Source: an uncultured Actinomycetes bacterium (GTDB lineage Bacteria > Actinomycetota > Thermoleophilia > UBA2241). From it: 53,556 nucleotides of DNA. A model generated the notes under the pieces. That model saw only the letters and a program-made list of their open reading frames with translations. It ran no database searches and was not told the DNA's origin. The stretch covers positions 1-53,556 of the forward strand of contig CAVWIH010000016.1 of the NCBI GenBank assembly GCA_963755025.1, in the 5' to 3' direction. Every line of letters begins with the position of its first letter. The stretch's first letter is position 1. Below are positions 9,900 to 21,523 of this stretch, piece after piece. The translations under genes were made by a program, and so were the position numbers.

Positions 9900-11030
9900 C
9901 TAGCGGTCGGTGCGCGGCGCGGCAACGGCCTTTGCGTCGGGGGACTGGGCGGCGCCGGCGGTCAGCGGCTCTGCAGGCTGCGCCGCCGCGGCGTCGTGGG
10001 CTTCGCGTGACAGGGCCGCGCCGCTTGCCAGCCACTGGCGGCCGCGGCGCTGCGCGACCTCGCAGGCGCCGTAGAACTCGTCGGTCGCCGGCACGATGGC
10101 GTCGGTCCCGAGCGTGTCGGCCAGGTGGGTGCGACGCAGCTGCTCGTCGGTCTCGGGCCCGACGCCGGCGAGGTAGAGGCGCCCGCCGCCCTTGGCGAGC
10201 GCGGCGGCGTAGTCGCCCAGCAGGGTGAGCAGGGCGCTGTGCAGGGCGCCGCGCCCGCGCAGGCGCAGCACGACCACGGCGCGGCGCCCCGAGGCGGCGG
10301 GCGGCAGGGACGCCCTGACCTTGGGCGCCGCGGCAAAGAAGAGGCTGCCGTAGATGTCGAGCACCGTGACCGCCGCATCGCTGAGCGCGGGCTTGCCGGC
10401 GACCTCGCGGGCGCGGCCGTCGTCGCCGATCGCGACCTGTACCACGCGCACGTCGAGCGAGGCCAGGTAGAGGTATTTGAGCACCGAGATGGTCGCCCCG
10501 GCGAGCACGGCGTACTGCAGCGGCACGATCAGCACGAGGGCGAAGGTGATGGCCATGACGCCGGCCGAGAGGCGGTCGGCCACCCAGATCTCCTTGATGG
10601 CGCGCACGCGGATCATGCTGATGGCCGCCACCATGAGAATGCCGGCCGTGACCGCCAGGGGCACCTTGCTCACGAGCGGCGCGGCGGCCAGCACCACGAC
10701 GATCACGACCACGCCGGCAAAGACCGACGACCAGCGCGAGCGCGAGCCCGCGCTCACGTTGAGGGCGGTGGCGTTGACCGAACCGCCCATGGTGGCGCCG
10801 CCGAAGAAGCCGGCGGCGACGTTGGCCACGCCCTGACCCACGAAGTCGCGGCTGGTGTCGCCGTAGGAGCCGTCGGCGTTGGCCACCGAGGTGCCGATGC
10901 CGGTGCCCTGCACGAGCGCGATGATGGCCAGCGACAGCGCCGGCAGCAGCAGGCCGGGGACCAGGGCGAGGTCGGGCAGGTGGGGCAGGGGGAAGCTGCT
11001 CGGGATGGGCGCGATATCGCCCGAGTTTGC
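9900..11030 (-). pseudogene. SulP/SLC26 anion transporter, 5'-truncated (C-terminal TM part and STAS domain remain)
   Basis: RDFVGQGVANVAAGFFGG, SVNATALNVSAGSRSRWS and STAS motif DIYGSLFFAAAP. Homology and codon bias stop abruptly near 11030. Confidence 0.75.
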
Positions 11031-11035
11031 GCGGA

Positions 11036-11503
11036 TGGTGCGTGAAGTCCCGGTCCTGCGCCACGAGGAGAGGCTAGACACGGCCATTGAGACCAAACGG
11101 CGGATGATCCTTTCACGGGACGCCTTCCGTGGCTTCTTCGACATCCTGTCGCGTGCCATCCGCAACGAGCAGCTTCGCCAGCGCATCGCCGCCCTCTGCC
11201 CATGGTGGTGCGAACACAACGTCACGTGGCTCGGTTGCAAGGCGGCGGCCCAGAGGACCGGGACGATCTCGTCCAGGGGCTTGGGCAGCTGTGATCTCGG
11301 CGTCGGTCGACGACCTCTCCATTCAGGCTGAGCTTGAGGCAGAGGACTTCGACGCCAGCAGACCATCAGAGGCACTGAAGCTCCTGATGGCCAGCTCCAT
11401 GGCGCAGCTGGAGGAGCGGCTAGCGGCGCAGGAGAATATCGCACCGGCGGATGGCTCATCTGCACCAAGGGCGCCTGCCAACGCTGAGACGCCCAAGGCC
11501 TAA
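11036..11503 (+). pseudogene. Remnant of a TetR-family regulator (C-terminal domain only, frameshifted)
   Basis: FRGFFDILSRAIRNEQLRQRIAALCPWW...DDLSIQAELEAEDFDASRP aligns by eye with FRGFFDILPHAFRDDDLRERMFELYRWW...DGLSIQAGLDPEHFDLKRP of the TetR at 21524. Confidence 0.75.
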
Positions 11504-11850
11504 GCTAGACGTATCCAACGCCGACGTTGATTAGTCGACAAGCAGAGTGCGTCTCGTTCGAGCTTGTGGCTGGACCTGCCTTCCTGGGCCGACGGCGGAG
11601 TAGGGCTACCGCCAGGCTAAAGCGTCTTGGTTGGCGGTGCGGGTCTGCGCGTTTGCGCTGTCAGTGGTGGGGCGTCGCACGGTGAGTGGAGGCGAAACAC
11701 TCGCCGGCGGAGGTTGCTGGCGCGTTGGGACGCTGGTTGGGGTTTGGGCGTTGCATCGAGTGCGCCCGCGTTGCTACGCATCGAATGCAGAGAACGGCCG
11801 CAGCATCGACGCCCCATTCGAGTTTGCCGATCATCTTCAAAGGAGACCCC

Positions 11851-12350
11851 GTGTCCGATCCGGTCCTTGCCAAGCGCAGCATCCACGCCTACACCGCCGA
11901 ACCGGTGACTGACAAGCTGGTCGAGCAGTTGCTTCTGACGGCCGTGGTCGCGCTGTCCGCTGGTAATCAGCAGCCGTGACTCTTCTTGGTGCGCGATCCA
12001 GCGACACTTCCGGCTATCTCCACACTCCACCCGTATGCGCGAATGCTCGAGCATTGTCCCGTCGCGGTCGTCGTATGCGGGGTTGAGGACGGACTGTGTT
12101 GGCCGCTGTTTTGGCCCCAGGATTGCTCAGCCGCTACGCAGAACATCCTAATTGGGGCGCAGTCGCTCGGTTGCGCGTGGTTTGGCTTAGAGTCTATCCG
12201 CTCGAGGAGCGCGTTCAGGGAGTGCGCCGTCTGCTCGATGTGCCTGATGACGGCATCCCCTTCGCCATCGTGCCCGTCGGTCATCCCGTCGAGCCCAAGC
12301 CACCAGCTGACCGCTACGATCCGCATCGTGTGCGCTGGGAGCATTGGTAA
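11851..12350 (+). pseudogene. Nitroreductase family pseudogene
   Basis: KRSIHAY...SAGNQQP* (TGA at the conserved Trp), QDCSAATQNIL, frameshift near 12170, VPVGHP. Confidence 0.75.
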
Positions 12351-12585
12351 CGCCATTCCTACGGAAGCGGAGACGGCTAGCGAGGGGTCGGCGTTCATTC
12401 ACGTCGGGGAGGCGCCACAACAGTCCGACCGAGCCCTTTGGACTTAGTCTTGCTCATAAGCTCTTCTTGGCTGCAGAGTCTTTGTCGGCGGGCGGCCGAC
12501 CCACGGGAATCCAAACATCGCGGGGTGTCGCCTGTGGTCGGGCGGCGTGGCATTGCAACCTGGCGAGCGTGCGAATTGGGCTCTA

Positions 12586-12613
12586 TTGACAACGCGCGAG
12601 GCGCTGGTACTAT
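12586..12613 (+). promoter_or_regulatory. Sigma70-type promoter of the ABC operon
   Basis: TTGACA-16 bp-TACTAT with an extended -10 TG. Confidence 0.7.
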
Positions 12614-12627
12614 CCGCGCATACGGAA

Positions 12628-12644
12628 CCACCCAGGTGGATAAC
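12628..12644. promoter_or_regulatory. Putative TetR operator, copy 1
   Basis: CCACCCAGGTGGATAAC is the exact reverse complement of 22235-22251; palindromic core CCACC-N2-GGTGG. Confidence 0.65.
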
Positions 12645-12810
12645 TCCGTGCTCTGGTCATGGGCGTCCTGAGCTGTAAGAGCTCGGGAAACCGGGACCGA
12701 TGGAGCGTGAGCGTTTGGGCGGCCAGGGGGCTTTCCGCCAGCCGATCCCGCTTAGATGCCGCGCTGTCGGGCCGCAGCGCCAACGTTATGCTGGCTAGGG
12801 GGAGTGCTCA

Positions 12811-14416
12811 ATGGAAGACCTAGACCGTCCGTTCCCATTCGACATCATGAAGGCCCGGTATACCCGGCGCGATGTGCTCAAAGGGGCGCTCGTGGCTGGC
12901 GCGGGAGTCAGCTTCGCCTCCCTACTTGCGGCCTGCGGCAGCAACACGAGCAGCTCGAGCTCGAGTCCAAGTCCCACTGCTGCTGCAAAACAGGGCGGCA
13001 GCCTACAGATCGGGATCGGCGGCGGGTCCGCCAACGAAACTCTTGACGGCCAGCTGGCGACCACTGAGCCGGAAATTGCCATCACGTTCCAGCTCTACGA
13101 CGCGCTCCTTGGCTGGGATGAGAACTATAAGCTCATGAACTGCCTGGCCGAAGAGTACTCTGCCAACTCCGATGCAACAGTCTGGACGGTCAAGCTCCGC
13201 AAGGGCGTGGTGTTCCACGACGGCACGCCGATGACCGCTGACGATGTCGTGTACAGCTACCTGCGAATCATCAATCCGAAGTCCCCCAAGATGGGCTCCA
13301 CTCAGCTTGCGCAGCTCCCGGCCAGCGGCATCCGCAAGATCGATGCGACCACGGTGCAGTTCAAGCTTGACTCGCCCAACTCGGTCTTCGATGAGGCCAT
13401 GGCCGTGTATGGCAACACGATTGTCCCCGTCGGGTTCAATCCCAAGAGCCCGATCGGCACTGGCCCCTTCAAGCTGAAGAGCTTCTCGCCGGGCCAGCAG
13501 ATCGTCTTCAATGCCAACACCAACTACTGGGGCGAAGCACCTCACGTTGATGAGTTGACGATCATCGAGTTTGAGGATCCAAGCGCGCGAGTCAACGCGC
13601 TTCTGGGTGGTACCGTCGATGCCATCTCGGATCTTCCAGCGCGAGATCAAGGTCGTGCAGAATGCCAACAACGTGCTGAACGCGCGCACTGGCGCTTGGC
13701 AGCCGTTCACCATGCGTATCGATGTCAAGCCGTTCGACGACGTTCGCGTCCGCCAAGCGTTCCGGCTGATCGTCGCTCGTCCGGCCATGATCGAGCAGGC
13801 CTACGACGGCTACGGCTGGGTCGGCAACGATATGTACGCGCCGTTCGATCCAGGCACCCCGACCAATCTGCCGCAGCGCCAGCAGGATCTCGCGCAGGCA
13901 AAGGCACTCCTCAAGGCGGCTGGTTACGACAACGACCTGACTGTCACGCTAACCACATCGACCGCGGTGGGCGGTTCCGCGGTCGCAGCGGCTCAGGTCC
14001 TCGCTGAGCAGGCTAAGGGCGCCGGGGTCACTGTAAACGTCAACAACGTCGATCCGAGCATCTTCTATGGCAGCCAGTACCTGACGTGGCCGTTTGCCCA
14101 GGATTTCTGGTATACGCGCAACTATCTCGCCCAGGCCAACCAAGGCACCATGCCCACGGCTCCATTTAACGAGACCCACTGGAAGAACGCTCAGTGGCTG
14201 AAGCTTGTGCAACAGGCCTTCAGGACCGTCGATATGGCGCGGCGCAATGAGCTCGTCTCCGCGGCGCAGACCATCGAATACGATGAGGGCGGCCTTATCA
14301 TCTGGTCCTTCAACAATCAAGTCGACGGCTATAGTAAGAAGCTCGGCGGCGTCGTGCCGGACAAAGGCGGCGAGCCGCTTTCGAGCTTCCACTTCAACAA
14401 GTTCTACTTCGTCTGA
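12811..14416 (+). CDS. ABC transporter substrate-binding lipoprotein (family 5, peptide/nickel type); frameshift near 13640
   Basis: Tat motif TRRDVLKG, lipobox LAAC, LRKGVVFHDGTPMTADDVVYS, PIGTGPFK, PFDDVRVRQAF. Confidence 0.88.
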
Positions 14417-14443
14417 TCGGCACGCCTCGGGATTGAGATTCGA

Positions 14444-14481
14444 GTGCGGTAGTCCCGGCCGTGAGGCCGGGACTACCGCAC
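14444..14481. repeat. Perfect 17-bp inverted repeat with a GTGA tetraloop (mRNA stabiliser/attenuator)
   Basis: GTGCGGTAGTCCCGGCC-GTGA-GGCCGGGACTACCGCAC between the SBP and permease genes. Confidence 0.8.
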
Positions 14482-14505
14482 GGTCTGCAGGAGATAGGGA
14501 GTGAC

Positions 14506-15471
14506 GTGCCGCCTCTGTTGAAACTCATCCTCCGTCGCCTTGGGCTCGGCGTCCTCACGCTGTTTCTCGTGTCGCTTGTGGTCTTTGCCGCGACCCAGGC
14601 GCTCCCGGGCGACCCCGCTCGCGCGATACTTGGCAAGCAGGCAGCCGACAAAGCGATGTATGAAGCGCTGCGCCAGCAGCTGCACCTGAACAGACCCCTC
14701 TACGTTCAGTACACCACGTGGCTGAAGGGGGTCGTGACCGGCAACATGGGCACCTCGCTGGCATCGGGTGAACCGGTTACCGCCTTGCTAAAGCAACGCG
14801 TCGCGAACTCAGCCGTGCTCGTCCTGTTGGCCGCTATCCTTAGCATCCCAATCTCGCTGGTCATCGGAGCGCTGAGTGCGCTCTGGCGTGACTCGCCGTT
14901 TGACAACGCGACCTCTATCGGTTCGCTCGCCCTCGCCTCGCTTCCCGAGTTCGTCATTGGGATGGTGCTGATTATCGTCTTTGCCACCACCCTGTGGCAC
15001 TTCATGCCGGCCGTCTCACGAGTGGCTCCGGGTGTCTGGATCTGGAGTCAGCTCAACCTGCTGGTCCTGCCTGTGTTGACGCTGGCGCTGGCCGTGGCTC
15101 CCTACATCAGCCGCATCCTGCGTGCGTCCATGATCGAGGTGCTGGAAAGCGACTATGTGCAGATGGCGCGACTCAAAGGCATGCCCGAGCGCACCGTAAT
15201 GGTGCGGCACGCGCTGCCCAATGCGGTGATCCCCGCGATTCAGGTCTCAGCCCTGCAGCTCGCCTGGCTTGCCGGTGGCGTCGTTGTGGTCGAATATCTG
15301 TTCAATTACCCGGGCATCGGCTCGGCGTTAATCGACGCTGTGAACAACCGCGATCTGCCTGTCGTTCAGGCGATCTCCTTGCTGATCGCCGCCGTCTATG
15401 TAGGCGCCAACCTAGCGGCCGACATCCTCACCATACTCGTAAGTCCGCGATTGAGGACGGGCTTGCGATGA
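14506..15471 (+). CDS. ABC permease (DppB/OppB-like)
   Basis: LPGDPA, DYVQMARLKGMPE...HALPNA (EAA loop), VEYLFNYPGIG. Confidence 0.92.
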   Translation: MPPLLKLILRRLGLGVLTLFLVSLVVFAATQALPGDPARAILGKQAADKAMYEALRQQLHLNRPLYVQYTTWLKGVVTGNMGTSLASGEPVTALLKQRVANSAVLVLLAAILSIPISLVIGALSALWRDSPFDNATSIGSLALASLPEFVIGMVLIIVFATTLWHFMPAVSRVAPGVWIWSQLNLLVLPVLTLALAVAPYISRILRASMIEVLESDYVQMARLKGMPERTVMVRHALPNAVIPAIQVSALQLAWLAGGVVVVEYLFNYPGIGSALIDAVNNRDLPVVQAISLLIAAVYVGANLAADILTILVSPRLRTGLR

Positions 15472-16402
15472 GCACCTTGTCGCAGGACGCCCAGGAACTG
15501 ATTCCCAGCGCCGACGAGCTTCTGCCGGAACCGCGGCCGGGCGGCACCCATCGGCGCCGTGAATGGGTTGACATTGGCCTCGGTTCTTTGCGATTTGGGC
15601 GCACAAAGGTCGGACTTGCCATCGTTACGGTTGTCGTCCTCCTTGCCTTCCTCGGTCCCTACGTCGCACCGCACTCGCCGTTTGCCTTCGTCGGGGCACC
15701 CTTCGCCAGCCCCTCGGCGCACGCCTGGCTGGGAACCGACACTCTGGGGCGCGACGTGCTCAGCCGTGTGCTCTGTGGGGGCCGTACGGTGATCGGCTTG
15801 TCGCTGGTTGCGACCGTTTTGGCCATGGCTATGGGCGTGACACTTGGGCTGTTGGCTGGCTATTCGCGGCCAGCCGTCGACGACGTGATCATGCGCCTGC
15901 TCGACGTACTGCTCGCCTTTCCCTCGATTGTATTCGTACTTTTGCTCGTCTCCCTGCTTGGTCACGCGTTGTGGCTGATCGTCCTTGCCGTGGCAGTCAC
16001 TCACGCGCCGAGAATCGCGCGTGTCGCGCGCGGCGCCACGCTGGAGATCGTGGCCGCGATTTCGTGCGCGCCTCTGAGGCTTTGGGGGTGCCCCGTCGCA
16101 AGATCCTCATAGGTGAGATCCTGCCGAACATAACGAGCCCGCTGCTCGTCGAGTTCGGCCTGCGCATGACCTACTCGATTGGCCTCATCGCCTCGCTGAG
16201 TTTCCTCGGTTTCGGGATGCAGCCGCCGGCAGCCGACTGGGGTCTGATGATCAATGAGAATCGCATCGCCATCGCCGTGCAGCCTTGGGCAACCGTCGTG
16301 CCGGTACTCCTTATCGCTTTGCTTACTATCGGTACGAACCTCATGACCGACGGGCTCTCGCGAGCGTTGATCGGCATCGACCGGGACACGGGTGCGAAAT
16401 GA
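15468..16402 (+). CDS. ABC permease (DppC/OppC-like); frameshift near 16050
   Basis: HAWLGTDTLGRDVLSR, DFVRASEALG...EILPN, LSFLGFG. Confidence 0.88.
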
Positions 16403-18180
16403 GCGACTACGTGCTGACAGTCGAAGGACTGCGCATCGAGCTCGATCCCTCGGGCGCCGATATCGATGACGAGGTCACGCTCTCCATTCGTCAAGGCGAG
16501 GTCCTTGGCCTCGTCGGTGAGTCGGCGTCGGGTAAGACCACTGCGGCCACCGCCCTGCTCGATCACGAGCGGCGCGGTGCGCGGATCGGCGGCGGCAAGG
16601 TCACGGTCGACGGACGCGACATCCTGTCGTTGAAGCCCGATGAACTGCGTCGCGTGCGCGGCGGGCTCATCTCCTATGTGCCGCAGGACCCTTCGATGTC
16701 GCTCAATCCAGCCCTACGCATTCAGACGCAACTGATTGAGATCCTCGAAGCACACGGCTTCGGCGCGTCGCAGGCCGATCGCCAGCATCGTGTCGAAGAG
16801 ATGATGGCCGAGGTGCTCTTGCCGACCGATCGGGCCTTCCGGCGTCGCTATCCGCATCAGCTCTCCGGAGGTCAGCAACAGCGGGTCGCCCTTGCCATGG
16901 CCTTCGCCTGCCGGCCGGCCGTCATCGTGCTGGACGAGCCGACGACCGGCTTGGACGTGACGACCCAAGCGCACGTGCTACGCACCGTGAGGGAGCTGAC
17001 TCAGACCTATAAGGTGGCGGCGCTCTACGTCACGCACGACCTTGCCGTCGTGGCCAACCTCGCCGACCGCATCGCTGTGATGTACGCAGGCCGGCTCGTC
17101 GAGTTCGGACCCAAGACGGAGCTCTTCGGTGCGGCCTGTCACCCCTACACGCGCAAACTCCTCGAAGCCATTCCCGATCTCACCGGCGAGCACGCGTTGC
17201 GCGGCATTCCCGGTCGGGCGCCAGTCCCTGGGCGCCGCCCGCGCGGGTGCTTTTTCGCGGCGCGATGCGATGACTCAATCGACAAATGTCGCGAGGAGTT
17301 CCCTCCCTACGACGGCCCAGGAGACGATCATCGGGTGCGCTGTTGGCGGTGGCGAGAGGTGCGTTTGAGGCCCATGTTTGGCGATCGTCCCTTGCGCAAA
17401 GCCGCTGGGCTCTCCTGCGGCGCCGATGAGGAACTCATCACGGTGCGTGGGGTCAAAGCCTACTACGGAACTCATGAAATCCTGCACGGCATTGACGCCA
17501 CTGTTTGCGCCAAACGCTGCATTGCGTTGGTGGGCGAGTCGGGAAGTGGTAAGACCACCTTGGCGCGCGCCATCGCCGGCATTCACCCCGGAAGGGTCGA
17601 GGGTGACATTCTCTTCAACGGCCGCCGCTTGGAGCGCGACTCTCGGGCTCGGCCCAAAGGCTCACGCCAGCAGCTCCAGTACATCTTTCAAAGCCCCTAC
17701 GGCTCGCTCAACCCGCGCAAGACTATCGCCCAAATTCTGAGCCAGCCGCTGAAGCAGTTCTTCAAGCTCTCCCGCGACGAGATGGAACAGCGCATGGTCG
17801 AGGCGCTTGAACTCGTCGCACTCGACGCCACGTTGCTAGGCAAATACCCCGACCAGTTCAGCGGTGGCGAGCGTCAGCGTGTCGCCATCGCCCGTGCGCT
17901 CGCCGCGGAGCCTTCGGTGCTGATTTGTGATGAGGTGACCTCGTCACTTGACGTATCCGTCCAAGCTACCATCGTCGAGCTTCTGGCCAAGCTGATCGAA
18001 GAGACCAGGGTTGGCATGATCTTTGTCACTGATCATCTGCCGCTCGTTCGCAGCATTGCCCAGGAAGTCACGGTGATGAGCGAGGGACGCATCGTCGAGC
18101 ATGGGACAGTCGATGAGGTACTCGGCAAACCGCAGGCTGATTACACAAGAAGACTGCTGGCCGACACGCCAACGATTTGA
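16399..18180 (+). CDS. Fused double-domain ABC ATPase (DppD/F-like)
   Basis: Walker A GESASGKT and GESGSGKT; LSGGQQQR and FSGGERQR; LDEPT and CDEVT. Confidence 0.93.
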   Translation: MSDYVLTVEGLRIELDPSGADIDDEVTLSIRQGEVLGLVGESASGKTTAATALLDHERRGARIGGGKVTVDGRDILSLKPDELRRVRGGLISYVPQDPSMSLNPALRIQTQLIEILEAHGFGASQADRQHRVEEMMAEVLLPTDRAFRRRYPHQLSGGQQQRVALAMAFACRPAVIVLDEPTTGLDVTTQAHVLRTVRELTQTYKVAALYVTHDLAVVANLADRIAVMYAGRLVEFGPKTELFGAACHPYTRKLLEAIPDLTGEHALRGIPGRAPVPGRRPRGCFFAARCDDSIDKCREEFPPYDGPGDDHRVRCWRWREVRLRPMFGDRPLRKAAGLSCGADEELITVRGVKAYYGTHEILHGIDATVCAKRCIALVGESGSGKTTLARAIAGIHPGRVEGDILFNGRRLERDSRARPKGSRQQLQYIFQSPYGSLNPRKTIAQILSQPLKQFFKLSRDEMEQRMVEALELVALDATLLGKYPDQFSGGERQRVAIARALAAEPSVLICDEVTSSLDVSVQATIVELLAKLIEETRVGMIFVTDHLPLVRSIAQEVTVMSEGRIVEHGTVDEVLGKPQADYTRRLLADTPTI

Positions 18181-18319
18181 GCGCTGGGGATTTGTCAACT
18201 GCACGGCCCGGCCGCACGGTGCTCCAAGCGCGGCTTGGCGAAATGTCAGGCGGCGGGCTGTCGCCGAGGCGCGATGGCTGCAAGCCCGGGCCGGTCAGGC
18301 GCACCGACGCAGGTTCGTC

Positions 18320-19998
18320 ATTCCCCACACTGTAACTCCGACACGTACGCCCGATCGTTTTTCGAGGACTCGCGTCGAGCGCGATGTGATTGTGCGCATG
18401 CGTGACGGCGTCGCTCTGTCTGCTCACGTACTTCATCCGGCAGATGCGGCGGAGCCGCTGCCTACCATCCTCATTCGGCAGCCGTACGGCAAAGATGACC
18501 ACCCTTTCATGCACGCGCGCGGGACATATTGGGCGCGTAAGGGTTACACCTGCGTGATCCAGGACGTGCGCGGCAAATACGGATCGCAAGGGGCTTGGGA
18601 CCCGGTCATCAACGAGGCCGCCGATGGTTGGGACACACTCGACTGGATCGCGGGCCGACCGTGGTGCAACGGCGACATTGGCATGGTCGGGGAGTCGTAC
18701 TACGGACTTACGCAGTGGGCGGTTGCTGGGGCTGGCCATCCTCATCTGCGCTGTGTAGCTCCCGGCAACACTGCCCCCGACTTCTACCGGGCGGCCTACT
18801 CGGGCGGAGCGTTTGCTCTTATGACCATGGGCGAATGGGCTTACGAGATGAACGCGAGAAGGCTGTGCAACCCATTTCGTTTCGATCCCTGGCACCTTCC
18901 TCTGGCAAGCGCCGCCGAAGCCGCCGGGATCGACAGCGAGACCTTCAGAGACTTCGTCGCTCATCCTCGTAAGGACGCATATTGGCAGAGGCGCGACCTA
19001 TCGCGCGGTGGCGTTGCGGTGCCAGCATTGCACTGGAGTGGCTGGTACGATGTCATGTTGGATGGTTCGCTTGCCGGCTGGCAGGCGGCTGGAGCGATTC
19101 GGAGCGCTGCGGCCCGCCCTGCGCGGCGGCTCGTGATTGGGCCCACTGACCATGCTTTGACTCCGACTGTGAGCGGCTGCGTGGGACGCATCGATGTGGG
19201 ACGCGACCACTGGTCGTTCGACCGGGTCCAGCGATTCTTCGACCGCTGGCTGTGTGGCTTGCCTAACGGGGCGGAGCGTGACCCGCCGTCTGCGTTTTCG
19301 TTGTTGGCGGCGACCGCTGGCGGACCGCCGAGTCGTGGCCACTGCCGGGCACAGAGTTTGTTCGCTTCCACCTGCACGGCCGGGGAACAGGATGTCTGGA
19401 AGGAGTGCTCAGTCGCGAGGCACCTGGTGACGAGGCCTCCCGACCGCTTCCTGCTATGACCCCGATACTCCAGTGGCCTGGTGGCTTGAGCACAGCCTTT
19501 GGGACTTGGCAAGCGGGCTCGGCGATCGCCGACCGCTCGAGTCCCGTTCCGATGTGCTCGTGTATACATCAGAGCCTCTCGCGGCCGACCTCGAGGTGGT
19601 CGGCCCGCTTTCGGTCACGCTTTCCGTGGCGTCGTCCGCCCGACACCGATTTCACCGCGGCCTTGGTCGACGTATTCCCGGATGGATATGCTCAGCTCGT
19701 TCAAGAGGGCATCGTGCGCATTGCCGGCCTTGAAGGGGGCGTTGGGGTCGCGGTCTGTGACGCGGACCTGGTCCGTGTACTGTCGGTCGCCCTGTGCGCC
19801 ACTGGGCACCTATTTGGCGCGGGGCACCGCGTGCGTCTTGAGGTTTCAAGCAGCAACTTCGGTCGCTATGACCGCAACCTCAACACCGGCCACCCGCCGG
19901 GCGCCGACGCGGAACGCATGGTCGCACGGCAAGTCGTCTATCACGATGCGCGACGCGAATCCTACTTGACCTTGCCGGTGATCCCGGCCGACGTCTGA
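18320..19998 (+). CDS. CocE/NonD (peptidase S15) alpha/beta hydrolase; several frameshifts at 19290-19640, start approximate
   Basis: MRDGVALSA, RQPYGK, QDVRGKYGSQG, nucleophile elbow GESYYG, GHRVRLEVSSSNF...RNLNTG. Confidence 0.8.
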
Positions 19999-20050
19999 GG
20001 CGCATGGAGAATTTGGCGTTCCATCTATCAAGCAGCGACGGAGGAAGCCC

Positions 20051-21493
20051 ATGCAAGCCCGCACCACATGGCTGAGCGACACAGAGAAGGCCCTCGTGTA
20101 CGACGAGGCGCTGGTCTTGCTCGAGCGCGTCGGGCTGCGCATGGCGGGGTCGCGGCGCCTCGCTGAGATGCGCGACGCAGGGGCGGTCGTCGACGACGCC
20201 TCGGGCGTCGTCAAGTTCCCGGCGGCGCTCGTCGACCGGCTGCGCCGCCAGTGCCCGCGCGAGATCGTCATAGCGGGCGCCGCGCCGGTCAACGACGTCG
20301 TGCTGGCCGACGGCGCGCCGTCGCGCTTCTCGTCGTCGGGCTGCGCGGCGCTCACGCTCGACCACCGCACCGGCGAGCACCGCGCCTCTACGCTCGACGA
20401 CCTGCGCAGCGCGACCATCCTGCTCGACGAGACACCCGAACTCGACGTGCAGTGGACGATCGTGACCGCCAACGACGTCCCGCTCGAGCGCCGCGAGAAG
20501 CTCGCCTATTACACCGTCCTGTCTGAGACCGACAAGCACGTGACCTTCGTCGACTGCCCCAGCGCCATCGAGCCCGTCCTCGAGATCGTCGAGGTGCTCT
20601 GCGGCAGCCACGAGGCGTTCCGTCTGCGGCCCCGTATCAGCACGCTCTTCACGGTGGCCTCGCCGCTGTCGATCGACGGCCGCCTGCTCGACTTTCACGC
20701 GGGCCTCGCCGACTACGGCACGCCCATCGAGATCTTCACGGTGCCCATCTCCGGCGCCACGGCGCCGGTCACGCTGGCCGGCGTGGTCGTGCAGGGCGTG
20801 GCCGAGCTGCTCGGCGCGGTCTCGGCCATGCAGATCCTGAGCCCCGGCGCGCGCCTCATCTGCGGTCCCTCCGGCACGGTGCTCGACATGCGTTCCACGA
20901 GCATCTGCTACGGCGCCGTCGAGGGCGGTCTCATGAACGCCGCCTTCACCGAGGTGCTGCACTCGCTCGGCCTGCCCGTCATCACCCCTGGCCTGGGTAC
21001 CGACGCCAAGCACCTCGGCCTGCAGGACGGCTTCGAAAAGGCGCTCAAGGGCATCGTTACCGTCGGCGCCGGCTCCGACCTGCTGAGCGGCGGCATGGGG
21101 CTGATCGACTCGGTCAACACGCTCTCCCTGCCGCAGATCGTGGTCGACGGCGAGATCGCCGGTATGATCCGCCGCCTGCTCGGCCAGGTCGAGTTCTCGC
21201 CGCAGACCATGGCCCGCGAGACCATCGAGCGCGTCGGCATAGGCGGCAACTTCCTGCGCGAAAGAGAGACGCGGCAGCGCATACGGGCGGGCGAGCACTT
21301 TCTGCCGCGCATCGCCTCGCGCCTGCCCTACGACGCCTGGCTGGCCGAGGGCAAGACCGAGCTCGACGTGGCCGTCGGCATCGTCGAAGACACCCTCGCC
21401 GCCCGGGCGGAGCGCGGCTCCCACCTGAGCGACGACCAGTTGAGCGCCCTGCGGGCGATCTGCGACGTGGAGAGGACGGGCAGCCATGCGTAA
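20051..21493 (+). CDS. MttB-superfamily methyltransferase, non-pyrrolysine type
   Basis: ASPLSID, ISGATAPVTLAG; LPVITPGL-G-TDAK has Gly at the position that is amber in the paralog at 23821. Confidence 0.88.
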   Translation: MQARTTWLSDTEKALVYDEALVLLERVGLRMAGSRRLAEMRDAGAVVDDASGVVKFPAALVDRLRRQCPREIVIAGAAPVNDVVLADGAPSRFSSSGCAALTLDHRTGEHRASTLDDLRSATILLDETPELDVQWTIVTANDVPLERREKLAYYTVLSETDKHVTFVDCPSAIEPVLEIVEVLCGSHEAFRLRPRISTLFTVASPLSIDGRLLDFHAGLADYGTPIEIFTVPISGATAPVTLAGVVVQGVAELLGAVSAMQILSPGARLICGPSGTVLDMRSTSICYGAVEGGLMNAAFTEVLHSLGLPVITPGLGTDAKHLGLQDGFEKALKGIVTVGAGSDLLSGGMGLIDSVNTLSLPQIVVDGEIAGMIRRLLGQVEFSPQTMARETIERVGIGGNFLRERETRQRIRAGEHFLPRIASRLPYDAWLAEGKTELDVAVGIVEDTLAARAERGSHLSDDQLSALRAICDVERTGSHA

Positions 21494-21523
21494 CGCGAAG
21501 GCGCGGTCGTCGATCGGAGACCG

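Noticed and set aside
11977-11979. In-frame TGA in the nitroreductase as selenocysteine or Trp recoding
   Set aside because: It replaces a conserved Trp (TGG to TGA) in a gene that also has a frameshift and degenerate motifs, and TGA is a normal stop elsewhere in the window.
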